64,000 nucleotides of DNA. It comes from Chlamydiia bacterium (GTDB lineage Bacteria; Chlamydiota; Chlamydiia; Chlamydiales; Rhabdochlamydiaceae). Under the pieces are notes generated by a model that did no database searches, was not told the DNA's origin, and saw only the letters and a program-made list of their open reading frames with translations. Numbering within the stretch: position 1 is the first letter of the stretch; every line of letters starts with the position of its first letter. Both the position numbers and the translations under genes were made by a program. Below, in pieces: positions 29,086-38,291 of this stretch. The stretch spans positions 64,001 to 128,000 of the forward strand of contig CAWDOQ010000002.1 in assembly GCA_963804085.1 (NCBI GenBank), written 5' to 3'.

Positions 29086-32000
29086 ATGGGGAAGAAAGAT
29101 CCAAAGGCTCTGATAAAAGAAGCCATAGAGAAGGAGGGGCAGAAGTTTGAGAGCTGCTACCTCTGGCTGACTCAGCACATGCCGCCGAGTTTTTTCGAGG
29201 AGATCGAGGAGGAGAACCTCCTCACGGTGACCCATGCTCTCATGAACCTCGATTTGCAAGACTTCTTCTCGCACATCCACTTAAAGCACGCGGCCGTCGC
29301 ATTTTGCTTAGACAGCCCCGAAGCTGATATTCGCATCTTAAAACACTATAGAAACTATGGCATTAAAAACTTTCGCACGTTTGTATCTGACGCACCTCCG
29401 CCCTTTCCCGGGATAAAAGCTCATTTACGCATCGGCACACTCCACTTCTCCGACATTTTCGAAAAGAAGCGCACGGAGGAGAAGCTCCCGGAGGAGAAAA
29501 GAGCGGAAATCCAAAAGCTTGTCAAAGAGCGCAACCCAGAAATGACCGATAGCGACTTTGCAAAGCTTCTAGAGGGTATGGACCACAGGTTTTTGCGTGC
29601 GCTTACAAAAGAACGGCTGATCCTTGCGCTCGACATGTTTTTCAGAGCCAAGACGCGCGACAACTGCCAGTATGAGGTGCGCCAGATCGAAAATTGGAAT
29701 AAGAAAAAAGAGACACCCTCATTACAGATCGTCTTTGCTTGGCGCAATGTGCCGAAACACAACTTCCTCTACCGCATGGCCAAGATGATCCACCGCCACG
29801 GACTTGCGATGAAGCGCGTGAGTGCGACCTACATCGACCCTTACGGCAAACAGAATATCCTCATCATGTCGATAGGACTACATGGCATGAAGGGAGGCGC
29901 TGCTTGGGAAGAGGCTGACATCCCGGATTTTTTAAAGGAGCTGGTCACCCTCAAATACTTTGAGGGGCTTGAGCCGATCGAAACTGTCTTTGTAGATTCA
30001 GGACTTTTGAGCGGCAACTTAGGCAACCTGATCAAAACGATGTGCTACTTCGTCCATCAGGTTCTGGTGCATCAAGACATGCACATGTACTCGCTCTCTC
30101 ACATTGAAGAGGGCTTATGCCGCCATCCGGAATTGACTGTCATACTGGCTCAGGCATTCGAGCAGAAATTCCACCCCGACAAGAATGACCTTGACCTCTA
30201 CAGAAAAACGAGAGCCGATTTTTTAAGCCGTGTTGAAAATCTCGACACGGGACAAGAGATTAACGACAAGCGGCGCAAAAACATCTTAAAACAAGCGATC
30301 CATTTTATCGACTTCATGCTCAAGACCAACTTCTATCGGAACAACAAGACCGCTTTTAGTTTCCGTCTTGATCCCGCCTATCTCGACCATGTCCCCTATA
30401 AACGCGTGGAAAAGTTCCCCGAACTTCCCTACGCGATCTTCTTCATGAAAGGGATGCACTACATCGGCTTCCACATACGCTTTAAAGATCTTTCACGCGG
30501 AGGTTTGCGTACCGTTATTCCTCAGCGGATGGAACAGATGGTCGTCGAAAGAAACAATCTTTTTAGCGAGTGCTATAACTTAGCTTACACGCAGCAGAAA
30601 AAAAACAAAGATATCCCCGAAGGGGGAGCAAAAGGTGTGATCTTTCTTGAGCCTTACGAGAGGCTCCATGCCGAAGCAGAGGTTTACAAAAGAGAGCTAG
30701 AAGAGGCCCGTCTTGCGCCGCATGAGATCGACAGCTACCTCGCCTCCTTTCATAAAGAGCAGAAGCTGGAATACCTCTACCAGACGCAGCGCTCTTACAT
30801 CGAATGCTTTGTTACGCTTGTCAATTGTGAAGCAGATGGCACGCTGCGCGCAAAGCATATCGTCGACTACTGGAAAAAACCGGAGTATATTTATCTCGGC
30901 CCAGATGAGAACATGTTCAATGAGATGATCGTCTGGATCGCAGACTATAGCAAACAGCAGGGCTACAAACCTGGCAGCTCCTTTATCACAAGCAAACCGG
31001 GAGCTGGGATCAATCACAAGGAGTATGGGGTCACCTCGCTCGGTGTTAATGTTTACATGGAAGAGGTCTTAAAATACCTCGGCATCGATCCGACAAAGGA
31101 TCGCTTTACCGTGAAGATGTCGGGCGGTCCCGATGGAGATGTCGCAGGAAATCAGATTCTGAATCTTGCGCGCTACTATCCCAAAACCGCCAAACTTCTC
31201 GCGCTTACAGACGTCTCCGGTACGATTTTCGATCCGGAAGGGCTAGATTTGAAGGTAATGGAGGAGCTCTTTGTCAAAGTAAAGCCGATCCGCTTCTACC
31301 CACCTGAAAAGCTCTCTGAGGGAGGCTTTCTGCTCGATCTCTTCACAAAAAAGGAGGAGACGACCTATGCGCAGCAGACACTCCTCGCTCGCAAAAAAAA
31401 GGGAAAGGTTGTCGAAGAGTGGCTCTCGGGCAGTGAGATGAATCAGCTGTTTCGTCACAATGTGCACCAGACTAAGGCCGATATCTTCATTCCCGGCGGC
31501 GGCCGTCCGCGCACGCTGAGTGAGAACAACTACCAGGAGTTTTTAGATGAGACAGGCAAACCCACATCGAAGGCGATCATCGAAGGAGCCAACCTCTATT
31601 TAACGCAGGCTGCAAGACGTGAATTAGAAAAGCTAGGCGTACTCATCATCAAAGATAGCTCGGCGAATAAAGGCGGGGTGATCTGCTCCTCTTTTGAGGT
31701 GCTCTGCGGTCTTTGTCTTTCTGAAGAGGAGTTTTTAAAAGAGAAGCCTGTCCTGATGAAAGAGGTCCTGCATATCATACGCGAGCGCGCTAAAGACGAG
31801 GCAAATCTACTTCTGTCCACACACAAGCAAACAGGATCTTATCTAACGGATATTTCCGAATGGGTCTCTGAGCGGATCAACAGCTACACCTACGAACTTC
31901 TCGACCATTTGCAAAAAGAGACTCTTCCTGCAGATCCAAACGATCCTCTGATCCGCGCGCTTCTCAACTACTGCCCGCCATTCTTGCGCACACGCTACCA

Positions 32001-32158
32001 AAAGAGGGTGCTTCTCGAGATTCCCGACATTCACAAAAAGGCGATCATCGCCTGCTATTTGGCATCACGCGTCGTCTATCTACGCGGCCTCAGACTGGTC
32101 CCCCTCCCTAGTAGACGTCCTCCCCCTAATCACCAAAGACAAAGCCATCATCGGCTAG
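29086..32158 (+). CDS. NAD-specific glutamate dehydrogenase, large type (probable +1 frameshift near 32090)
   Basis: SRGGLR, KNKDIPEGGAKG, YLGPDEN, GVTSLGV, GGPDGDVAGN, EGANL, SANKGGVICSSFEV; shifted frame gives the tail DWSPSLVDVLPLI ending at TAG 32156-32158. Confidence 0.9.
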
Positions 32159-32199
32159 TAATGAGTGATATGATGTGTTGAGAGCTTGTTTAGATGAAT

Positions 32200-32790
32200 A
32201 GACATGTCGGGTTCCACGCCACTTCGTGCGCGCGGCCCCCGCGACCCCCTTGCGCCTCACCTCGCTTTGCCAAATCGTGTCCTCGGAGTCGGGGCGTGTA
32301 TAACACAGCCCCGACCGTGCTTTGCACTCTCCTGTGGTACGATTTTGCTGTGCGATCTGAGTCGATTGGCTGCTCGGCGCATTCCCTCCCCACTCCTTCG
32401 TCGCGGGGCCCCTTCCATGTCGGCTCGCAGAACCACACTTAAAGAGTGCATCCAACATTGACAGGCTCTGCGACACGACGCGAGAAAGGGGCCCCGCCCG
32501 AGACGTAAGTCCGCGGGGCTGCGAAGACAAGCTGAAGTGCCAGGTGGCACTTTGGCTTTGCAAAGCAGGGGAGGGTTTTAACCCGACCCGGGGATGAGCG
32601 CGCGAGCAGCCAATGGCTTCAAGGCGCACAGAGAAATTGCTCTCGCAGGAGAGCCCGAAGGGCGGTCGGGGTCGTGTTATACACACCCCGACTCCGAGGA
32701 CGCGATTTATCACAGCGTATTGGAGCTCAAGGGGGCAGCTGGGGGTTGGGAGGGCGACACGAAGTGCTCCCCTCAACCCCCGACTTGTCT
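32200..32790. repeat. ~590-bp GC-rich imperfect foldback element
   Basis: Nested inverted pairs 32200-32211/32779-32790, 32280-32294/32686-32700, 32365-32376/32603-32614 and 32403-32414/32486-32497. Confidence 0.85.
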
Positions 32791-32835
32791 CTAGTAGGCC
32801 TTTAAAAACCACTCAATTTTAAAACTGAGTTTGCG

Positions 32836-34434
32836 TTAATTAGAGGTTGCAGTAAAGCAAGCGCTTTCGGTTTCGGGGGCGCTTGAGCGGAAGAATGTGA
32901 TGCCAAAGAGTCCTAAGAGACATTTGAGGAAGGAGTAGACGCCGAAAACGATCCCAAAGACAACTTGAACCGCCCAAGAGAGGCGGAACTGCTCATACCA
33001 AGCAACTGCGGCTCCTCTTTGCGAATTGTCGAGCTGCTGTTGGAGCTCCTCGCCTGTGTATGTCTTCACTGTGTAGGGTTCGGTAGCGTCAGGATCTAGA
33101 GCGCAGTCGGCATGAACGCGTAAAAGTGGTCTCTCATCTGTTTTTTCTCTTACAAATTCGGTCAAGTAAACCGGAAAATCGGGATTTGTGATTCCCCATC
33201 CGACATGTTTTTCTCCACCATAGTCGGCGATATCGCCTTTATCGACATGCTGCGCTCTGTTGCGGTAGATGTGGATCTTGAGCTTCTCTCTTCCTTCTAC
33301 AGGAAGCGCGTTGATCTGGTTTTTAAAACGGGTTGCGGTCTCCGTGTCCACGCTCGGTCCATTGATGAAGACCACCTCATCAAAATCCTCCGGAAACTCG
33401 GCGAGAACGCGCTGAAGCTGCGCATCGCCTAAGCTATAGCCCGATCCTCTTAACTTAGTTCCTGGCGGAAGAAAATTGGGATCTTTGAAAAGTTGTCTAA
33501 AGATTTCGCGTGCCGCTTCAAATCCCATCTTACCGATCTCTTTGTCTGTATCGTTGCGCCAGGTCTCCACTGCATCTTCTTGTGAGGCAAACGCTGTCCC
33601 AGATTGTCGAAAAGCGATCAAAGGCTTGAGTTTGGATCCCTCGCGCAGCGGTTTGAACGCATAGGCAACCAGGCCGTCTCCTGTGCCGATCTTTTTATAA
33701 ACTTTGTAGAAATCTAGATTGCCATCTGCATCGGGAGCCGAGATGATCTCTCCAATTTCCAGTCCTAATGAGAGCATCCTTTTAGTCAAACGGTCGAGGA
33801 AGGGAAAATCGGGAAGCTGGGTGTGCTCACGGTCAAAAAGTCGTGTGACATTGAGGTCGAGATGGAGTCTTTTTCCATCTGCCTTAAACGGGTTGTAATA
33901 GAAGAAGTCGCCGCAAGAATCTGGTCCGCCGCGCACTCTATCTATCCCCTCTTTTGGATCTCTCAAGAAAAAAGGATTACGCAAAACGGCGAAGTTATTT
34001 TCTATTTCTCCCGTCGAGAGTTTTGCAAGCGGTCTTGTTCCGGCAAGAATCTGTAGATCGCGTGCAAAGATTTTTGCGCCGCCCACACACGCCTTTTCTA
34101 CGTGTTGGACGCGCAAAGGGGTCGTTCCCTCTTGTGAAAACTTTTCAAAATGCAGGCCATAGCGTGTACTGAAGTGTTTAACTCGATCAGAGAAGCGATC
34201 GTCTGGGTTATAAGCTTGATTTACAACTCTTTCAAAGACTTGCCAAGCCTTACGGTTGACCTCTCTCTCTTCCTCGCTAACTGATGAGTAGCCATAGCAG
34301 CAAAAGCTCCCAATACAGCTCGCTTCCGACTCATCTTTACCTGCCACGACCCTATCCCCTTCCACACTAAGCGGCAGGTTATAGGTCGTCCTTTTAGCAA
34401 CATCTATGAAAGACTGAAGAGTTAATGTGGTCAT
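32836..34434 (-). CDS. Hypothetical protein with alpha/beta-hydrolase (lipase-like) motif
   Basis: 532-aa ORF; LIAFRQS, GYSLG nucleophile elbow, GDIAD, VH. Confidence 0.55.
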   Translation of the reverse strand: MTTLTLQSFIDVAKRTTYNLPLSVEGDRVVAGKDESEASCIGSFCCYGYSSVSEEEREVNRKAWQVFERVVNQAYNPDDRFSDRVKHFSTRYGLHFEKFSQEGTTPLRVQHVEKACVGGAKIFARDLQILAGTRPLAKLSTGEIENNFAVLRNPFFLRDPKEGIDRVRGGPDSCGDFFYYNPFKADGKRLHLDLNVTRLFDREHTQLPDFPFLDRLTKRMLSLGLEIGEIISAPDADGNLDFYKVYKKIGTGDGLVAYAFKPLREGSKLKPLIAFRQSGTAFASQEDAVETWRNDTDKEIGKMGFEAAREIFRQLFKDPNFLPPGTKLRGSGYSLGDAQLQRVLAEFPEDFDEVVFINGPSVDTETATRFKNQINALPVEGREKLKIHIYRNRAQHVDKGDIADYGGEKHVGWGITNPDFPVYLTEFVREKTDERPLLRVHADCALDPDATEPYTVKTYTGEELQQQLDNSQRGAAVAWYEQFRLSWAVQVVFGIVFGVYSFLKCLLGLFGITFFRSSAPETESACFTATSN

Positions 34435-34515
34435 AGTTATTTACATTTTTAGTAGTAGAATTATACTCTTTTTAGTTTTGTTTGAAAAGAGTTAAAGAAA
34501 TTCATACTATGAAAA

Positions 34516-35232
34516 TTAAATTTTCATATTGTGATGAACGGCATCCACATCATCCAGGGCTTCTATCCATTCTATTAGAGCGAAATTAGCTTGAGCCTGC
34601 TCTGGAGTGCACTCGACATAGACTTTAGGAATCATCTCAAGGGAGGCTTCTTCACACTGGATTCCCGTACTGTTAATTCTTTCTTTTACTTGATAGAGCA
34701 TCTCAGGAGGGGTGGTGATGATAAAAAGGTCGTCCGATTCTTCAAAGTCCTCAGCACCGGCATCTGTTACTGCAAGGAAAAGATCCTCCTCTTTTGCGTT
34801 CTTTTTGAGGACTTGGATCACCCCTTTTTTATCGAAATTAAAGGAGACGGCGCCCGGATTTGCGATCGTCCCGCCCCTCTTGTTGGTAGCGATGCGCATC
34901 TCAGCTGCAGCCCGATTCTTGTTGTCGGTCATAATGTCGACTAAAATGCCCACGCCCCCATAACCATAGAGCTCATAGGTCATCTGGGTGAAATCTGCCT
35001 GATCCTGGCTTGAGGCCTTCTTGATATTGCGTTCGATGTTATCGTTCGGCAGGTTGACATCGCGCGCCTTTTGTAAAGCGGCCCGCAGCTTAGGATTGTT
35101 CTTAACATCGGGACCGCCCTGCTTCACCGCACTAATGATCTCTTTGGTAACCCGCGTAAAGAGCTTCCCCTTAATCGCGTCCGCCCGCCCCTTCCGATGC
35201 TTAATATTCGCCCACTTACTATGCCCCGCCAT
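34516..35232 (-). CDS. yebC: YebC/PmpR family protein
   Basis: MAGHSKWANIKHRK, YELYGYGGVG, TDNKNR, DDVDAVHHN. Confidence 0.95.
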   Translation of the reverse strand: MAGHSKWANIKHRKGRADAIKGKLFTRVTKEIISAVKQGGPDVKNNPKLRAALQKARDVNLPNDNIERNIKKASSQDQADFTQMTYELYGYGGVGILVDIMTDNKNRAAAEMRIATNKRGGTIANPGAVSFNFDKKGVIQVLKKNAKEEDLFLAVTDAGAEDFEESDDLFIITTPPEMLYQVKERINSTGIQCEEASLEMIPKVYVECTPEQAQANFALIEWIEALDDVDAVHHNMKI

Positions 35233-35259
35233 AACTAGCTAACCTCTCCTTGGTTTTAA

Positions 35260-35340
35260 TCGCGCCCGCTTCCGCGCCCGCGTGCGCGCCCGAAAATTAA
35301 TCCGGATCGGGCGCGCACGCGGGCGCGGAAGCGGGCGCGA
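35260..35340. repeat. GC-rich REP-like palindrome
   Basis: Perfect arms tcgcgcccgcttccgcgcccgcgtgcgcgcccga around aaattaatccgga. Confidence 0.93.
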
Positions 35341-35353
35341 AAAATTTTTCATT

Positions 35354-35779
35354 TTATAGGTGTTTCTGCATCATGATTTTGGTGATGTATTCGGTGCGCT
35401 CTTTGATGAAGCGGGGCTGCTCGCCGTATTCTTTGAAGCCTGCTCGCTGGTAAAGATGGATGGCCGGGTTGCCTTTGTAAACTTCTAGATGGAGCGTCTC
35501 AATATGGAATTTTTCTTTGGCAAGCTTCATCAGTTCATTGAGGAGTATGGTGCCGACGCCTTTATTGCGCTGCTTTTCGGAAACGAGGATGGCAAAGAGG
35601 CACTGATGCGCTAGCTTCTTGTAGGGTTGAATGTAGAGGTTAGCCATGCCGCACGCCTCGTTATTCCACTCGGCAGTCAAGCAGGCGCCATGTTTAGCAT
35701 AGCTCACCCAGATGCGCACCGCATCATCTACCTCTCTTTCATCGAGCATCGGAAACCAGCGGAGGACCCCCGGCTCCAT
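35354..35779 (-). CDS. GNAT acetyltransferase (true start unclear; homology extends to about 35838)
   Basis: QRNKGVGT, LEVYKGNPAIHLYQRAGF; paralogous to the upstream GNAT. Confidence 0.82.
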   Translation of the reverse strand: MEPGVLRWFPMLDEREVDDAVRIWVSYAKHGACLTAEWNNEACGMANLYIQPYKKLAHQCLFAILVSEKQRNKGVGTILLNELMKLAKEKFHIETLHLEVYKGNPAIHLYQRAGFKEYGEQPRFIKERTEYITKIMMQKHL

Positions 35780-35851
35780 AAGCCACTCTTTGAGCGGGCC
35801 TGCATCTTCTGGCGTGGTAGGGCGAACTGTTTGAAAAACTTATGCCTAATT

Positions 35852-35939
35852 GCAGGAGATTCTCCCCATGCAAGGGGCTCCTGCTTCGCGTCGCATTATC
35901 TATATACCTCGGCTAACTCGCCCCTTCGGAGGCGAGATT
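35852..35939 (-). repeat. 88-bp dispersed two-hairpin repeat, copy 1
   Basis: Reverse complement aligns almost end to end with 57787-57873. Confidence 0.88.
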
Positions 35940-36439
35940 AAGCTGGTCTCAAAAAGAAGGCGCGCTAAGTAGGTATTTCCTTCTTTTACGTAACGCTCTT
36001 GACGAGCAAACATGTGAAAATCGGCTCGCGCGAGTAGTTTGGTAATCGGATTTCCTTCGAACACTTCTATGTGAATCATCTCCAGCCGGAAGTAGCTTTT
36101 TGCAAGATGCTTTAAATTTTTAAGCAGCGAGGTTCCGATCCCCTGTCTCTGGTATTTGGGGTCTACGATTATTTTGAACATGCAGTGGTGGGCGACTTTG
36201 CGATAGGGCATGAGAAAAAGTGTGCCGATTGCGCATGGAACATCATTGATCGTACAGGTCAAACTGCAGCTATATCTACAAAAACCGATCCACGCTTGCA
36301 CGGCATCTTCCACCTCTTTTTCTTCCTGCATAGGAAACCAGTGGAGCATACCCGGTGCATGCAGCCAGTCGCGCAAATAGGGAGCATCTGTCACAAATGT
36401 GTAGCGGATATCAAATCCAGGCGGCGTCTCTTTTCCCAT
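35900..36439 (-). CDS. GNAT acetyltransferase
   Basis: YQRQGIGT, IEVFEGNP; the last 12 codons lie inside the 88-bp repeat. Confidence 0.85.
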   Translation of the reverse strand: MGKETPPGFDIRYTFVTDAPYLRDWLHAPGMLHWFPMQEEKEVEDAVQAWIGFCRYSCSLTCTINDVPCAIGTLFLMPYRKVAHHCMFKIIVDPKYQRQGIGTSLLKNLKHLAKSYFRLEMIHIEVFEGNPITKLLARADFHMFARQERYVKEGNTYLARLLFETSLISPPKGRVSRGI

Positions 36440-36445
36440 TTTTGT

Positions 36446-37541
36446 TTATCCAAACTCCTTCAGGTAGGCATTGACAAATCCATCTAAATCTCCATCCATG
36501 ACAGCATGGATATTTCCCACTTCATACTTCGTACGCGTATCTTTAACAAGCGTGTAGGGCTGAAAAACGTAGTTGCGTATCTGGCTGCCCCAAGCGTTCT
36601 CTTTTTTTTCGCCCCCGAGCTTTTTCAATTTACTTTCTCTTTCCAAAATCTCTTGCTCATAGAGCTTGGCCTTTAAAATCTTAAAGCATGTCTCTTTGTT
36701 TTGCACCTGGCTCCGTTCGCTCTGGCAAGAGACGACGATTCCGCTGGACATGTGGGTGATGCGCACAGCAGAATCTGTCTTGTTGACGTGCTGGCCTCCT
36801 GCTCCCGATGCGCGGTAGGTATCGATACGTACATCTTCAGGTCTGATCTCGATCTGGATCTCATCAGCAATCTCGGGCGTCACATCGACAGACGCAAAAC
36901 TTGTATGTCTTTTCGCATTGCTATCAAACGGAGAGATGCGGACTAAGCGATGCACTCCCTTCTCTGCTTTACAATAGCCATAAGCAAAATGTCCGGAGAT
37001 TTTAAAAGTGGCGCTCTTAATTCCGGCCACATCACCGTCAACAGAATCGAGCATCTCTACTTCCCAGCCACGTCTGGTTGCCCAACGCTGGTACATGCGC
37101 GAGAGCATGAGAGCCCAGTCGCACGCTTCGGTCCCTCCGGCTCCTGAGTTGATGCTGAGATAGCAGCTCTTAGCATCCATCTCGCCTGAGAGCATTTTGC
37201 GCACCTCGAGTTCGGATAGCAGCTTATCGACTACAAAAAGCTCATTTAAAAGATCGGTCACAAGCTCCTGCTCGCCGCTCTCTTCAGCTTCGGGCAAGAG
37301 ACTTTGCACGTTCTCAAAACGTTGTTTGATCTCTTTGTAGGGAATCGTCCAGGCTTTTAGCTCATTGCAAGCAGTGATGATCTTTTGCGCTGCATTGTTA
37401 TCTTCCCAAAAACCGGAAGACTCCATCTGCTTCTCATACTCATGTACCTGCTGCTCTTTTTGAGCGAGGTCAAAGATACCTCAGCATATGTAGAAGACGC
37501 TCATCGATGCTCTTGATTAGATTATTTGTCTGCTCGCTCAT
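36446..37541 (-). CDS. prfB: Peptide chain release factor 2 with programmed +1 frameshift
   Basis: ATG at 37541 gives MSEQ...MLRYL then CTT TGA C; SPF and GGQ motifs in the +1 frame. Confidence 0.95.
37469..37483 (-). promoter_or_regulatory. prfB ribosomal frameshift site
   Basis: Minus-strand gaggtatCTTTGAC: internal SD-like sequence plus canonical slippery stop. Confidence 0.92.
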
Positions 37542-37745
37542 TGATCTCTCCCTTTGCTTTCGAAAGAACTGAGTATCCTGTTTGCGAAAAAAAAAGTCAA
37601 AAAGATCACCAAGTGTAAAATGTAAGAAACAATTTTAATATTTTATTTTATACAAACTTAAACTAAGCTTTACAGAATCATTAATCTTCATGATAATGAA
37701 TCCGATTTTGACCATTGAAAACGAACCTTTTTGGAGGAGATGAAT

Positions 37746-38178
37746 ATGTCGACCGTTCAACCCGATATGACCTGCTGGGAACACACACAAACATTTGCAG
37801 CATCTGCTGCCCACACAATTAAAGAGGGTGCTGTAGAAGCAGGCACCTGGCTCGCAAACGGAACTGTCCATGTTGTCACATGGTTAAAAGATGTATGGTT
37901 TTGGATTCAAGACAATGGCATTAACTGTGCGATCTGGATTAAAGATGGCGTTGTCAGCGCAGGAAGATCTGTATGGCAAGCTGCAGGAAGAGCTTATGAA
38001 GCTGCCTTCCCCGCTATCATGTCAGTTGTAGATGCTGCTAAAAAATACGCCGTTCAAACTTACACACGGCGTAAGAGAGTTTGTACGCGCTCACCCCAAC
38101 GAGACTATCGTGGGCATCTCTGCATTTGCAGCTGGTATATTTGTATCGTTCTTATTTACACAATTCTGCTGCAGATGA
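37746..38178 (+). CDS. Hypothetical amphipathic protein with tail anchor (+1 frameshift near 38062-38066)
   Basis: GGAGGA RBS; shifted frame gives GVREFVRAHPNETIVGISAFAAGIFVSFLFTQFCCR-stop. Confidence 0.6.
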
Positions 38179-38200
38179 GACGCTAACGGCACTATTCCCC

Positions 38201-38291
38201 AACGTGCCCGTGCCCCTGCCCGTGCCCTTGCCCGATCCGAATTAATTCGGATTAATTCGGGCACGCACGCGGGCACGGGCACGGGCACGTT
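38201..38291. repeat. GC-rich REP-like palindrome with duplicated core
   Basis: aacgtgcccg arms; core atccgaattaattcggattaattc; overlaps the stop codon of the convergent gene. Confidence 0.9.

Noticed and set aside
32200-32790. Foldback as RNase P RNA, tmRNA or a hammerhead-containing RNA
   Set aside because: I could not find GAGGAAAGTCC, tRNA-like tmRNA ends or a CTGANGA core on either strand
32126-32822. ORFs across the foldback (228 aa and shorter)
   Set aside because: No recognisable motifs; similar peptides on both strands are a by-product of the GC-rich inverted repeat
37469-37483. prfB frameshift as a novel recoding event
   Set aside because: Canonical, well-known CTT-TGA-C autoregulatory site
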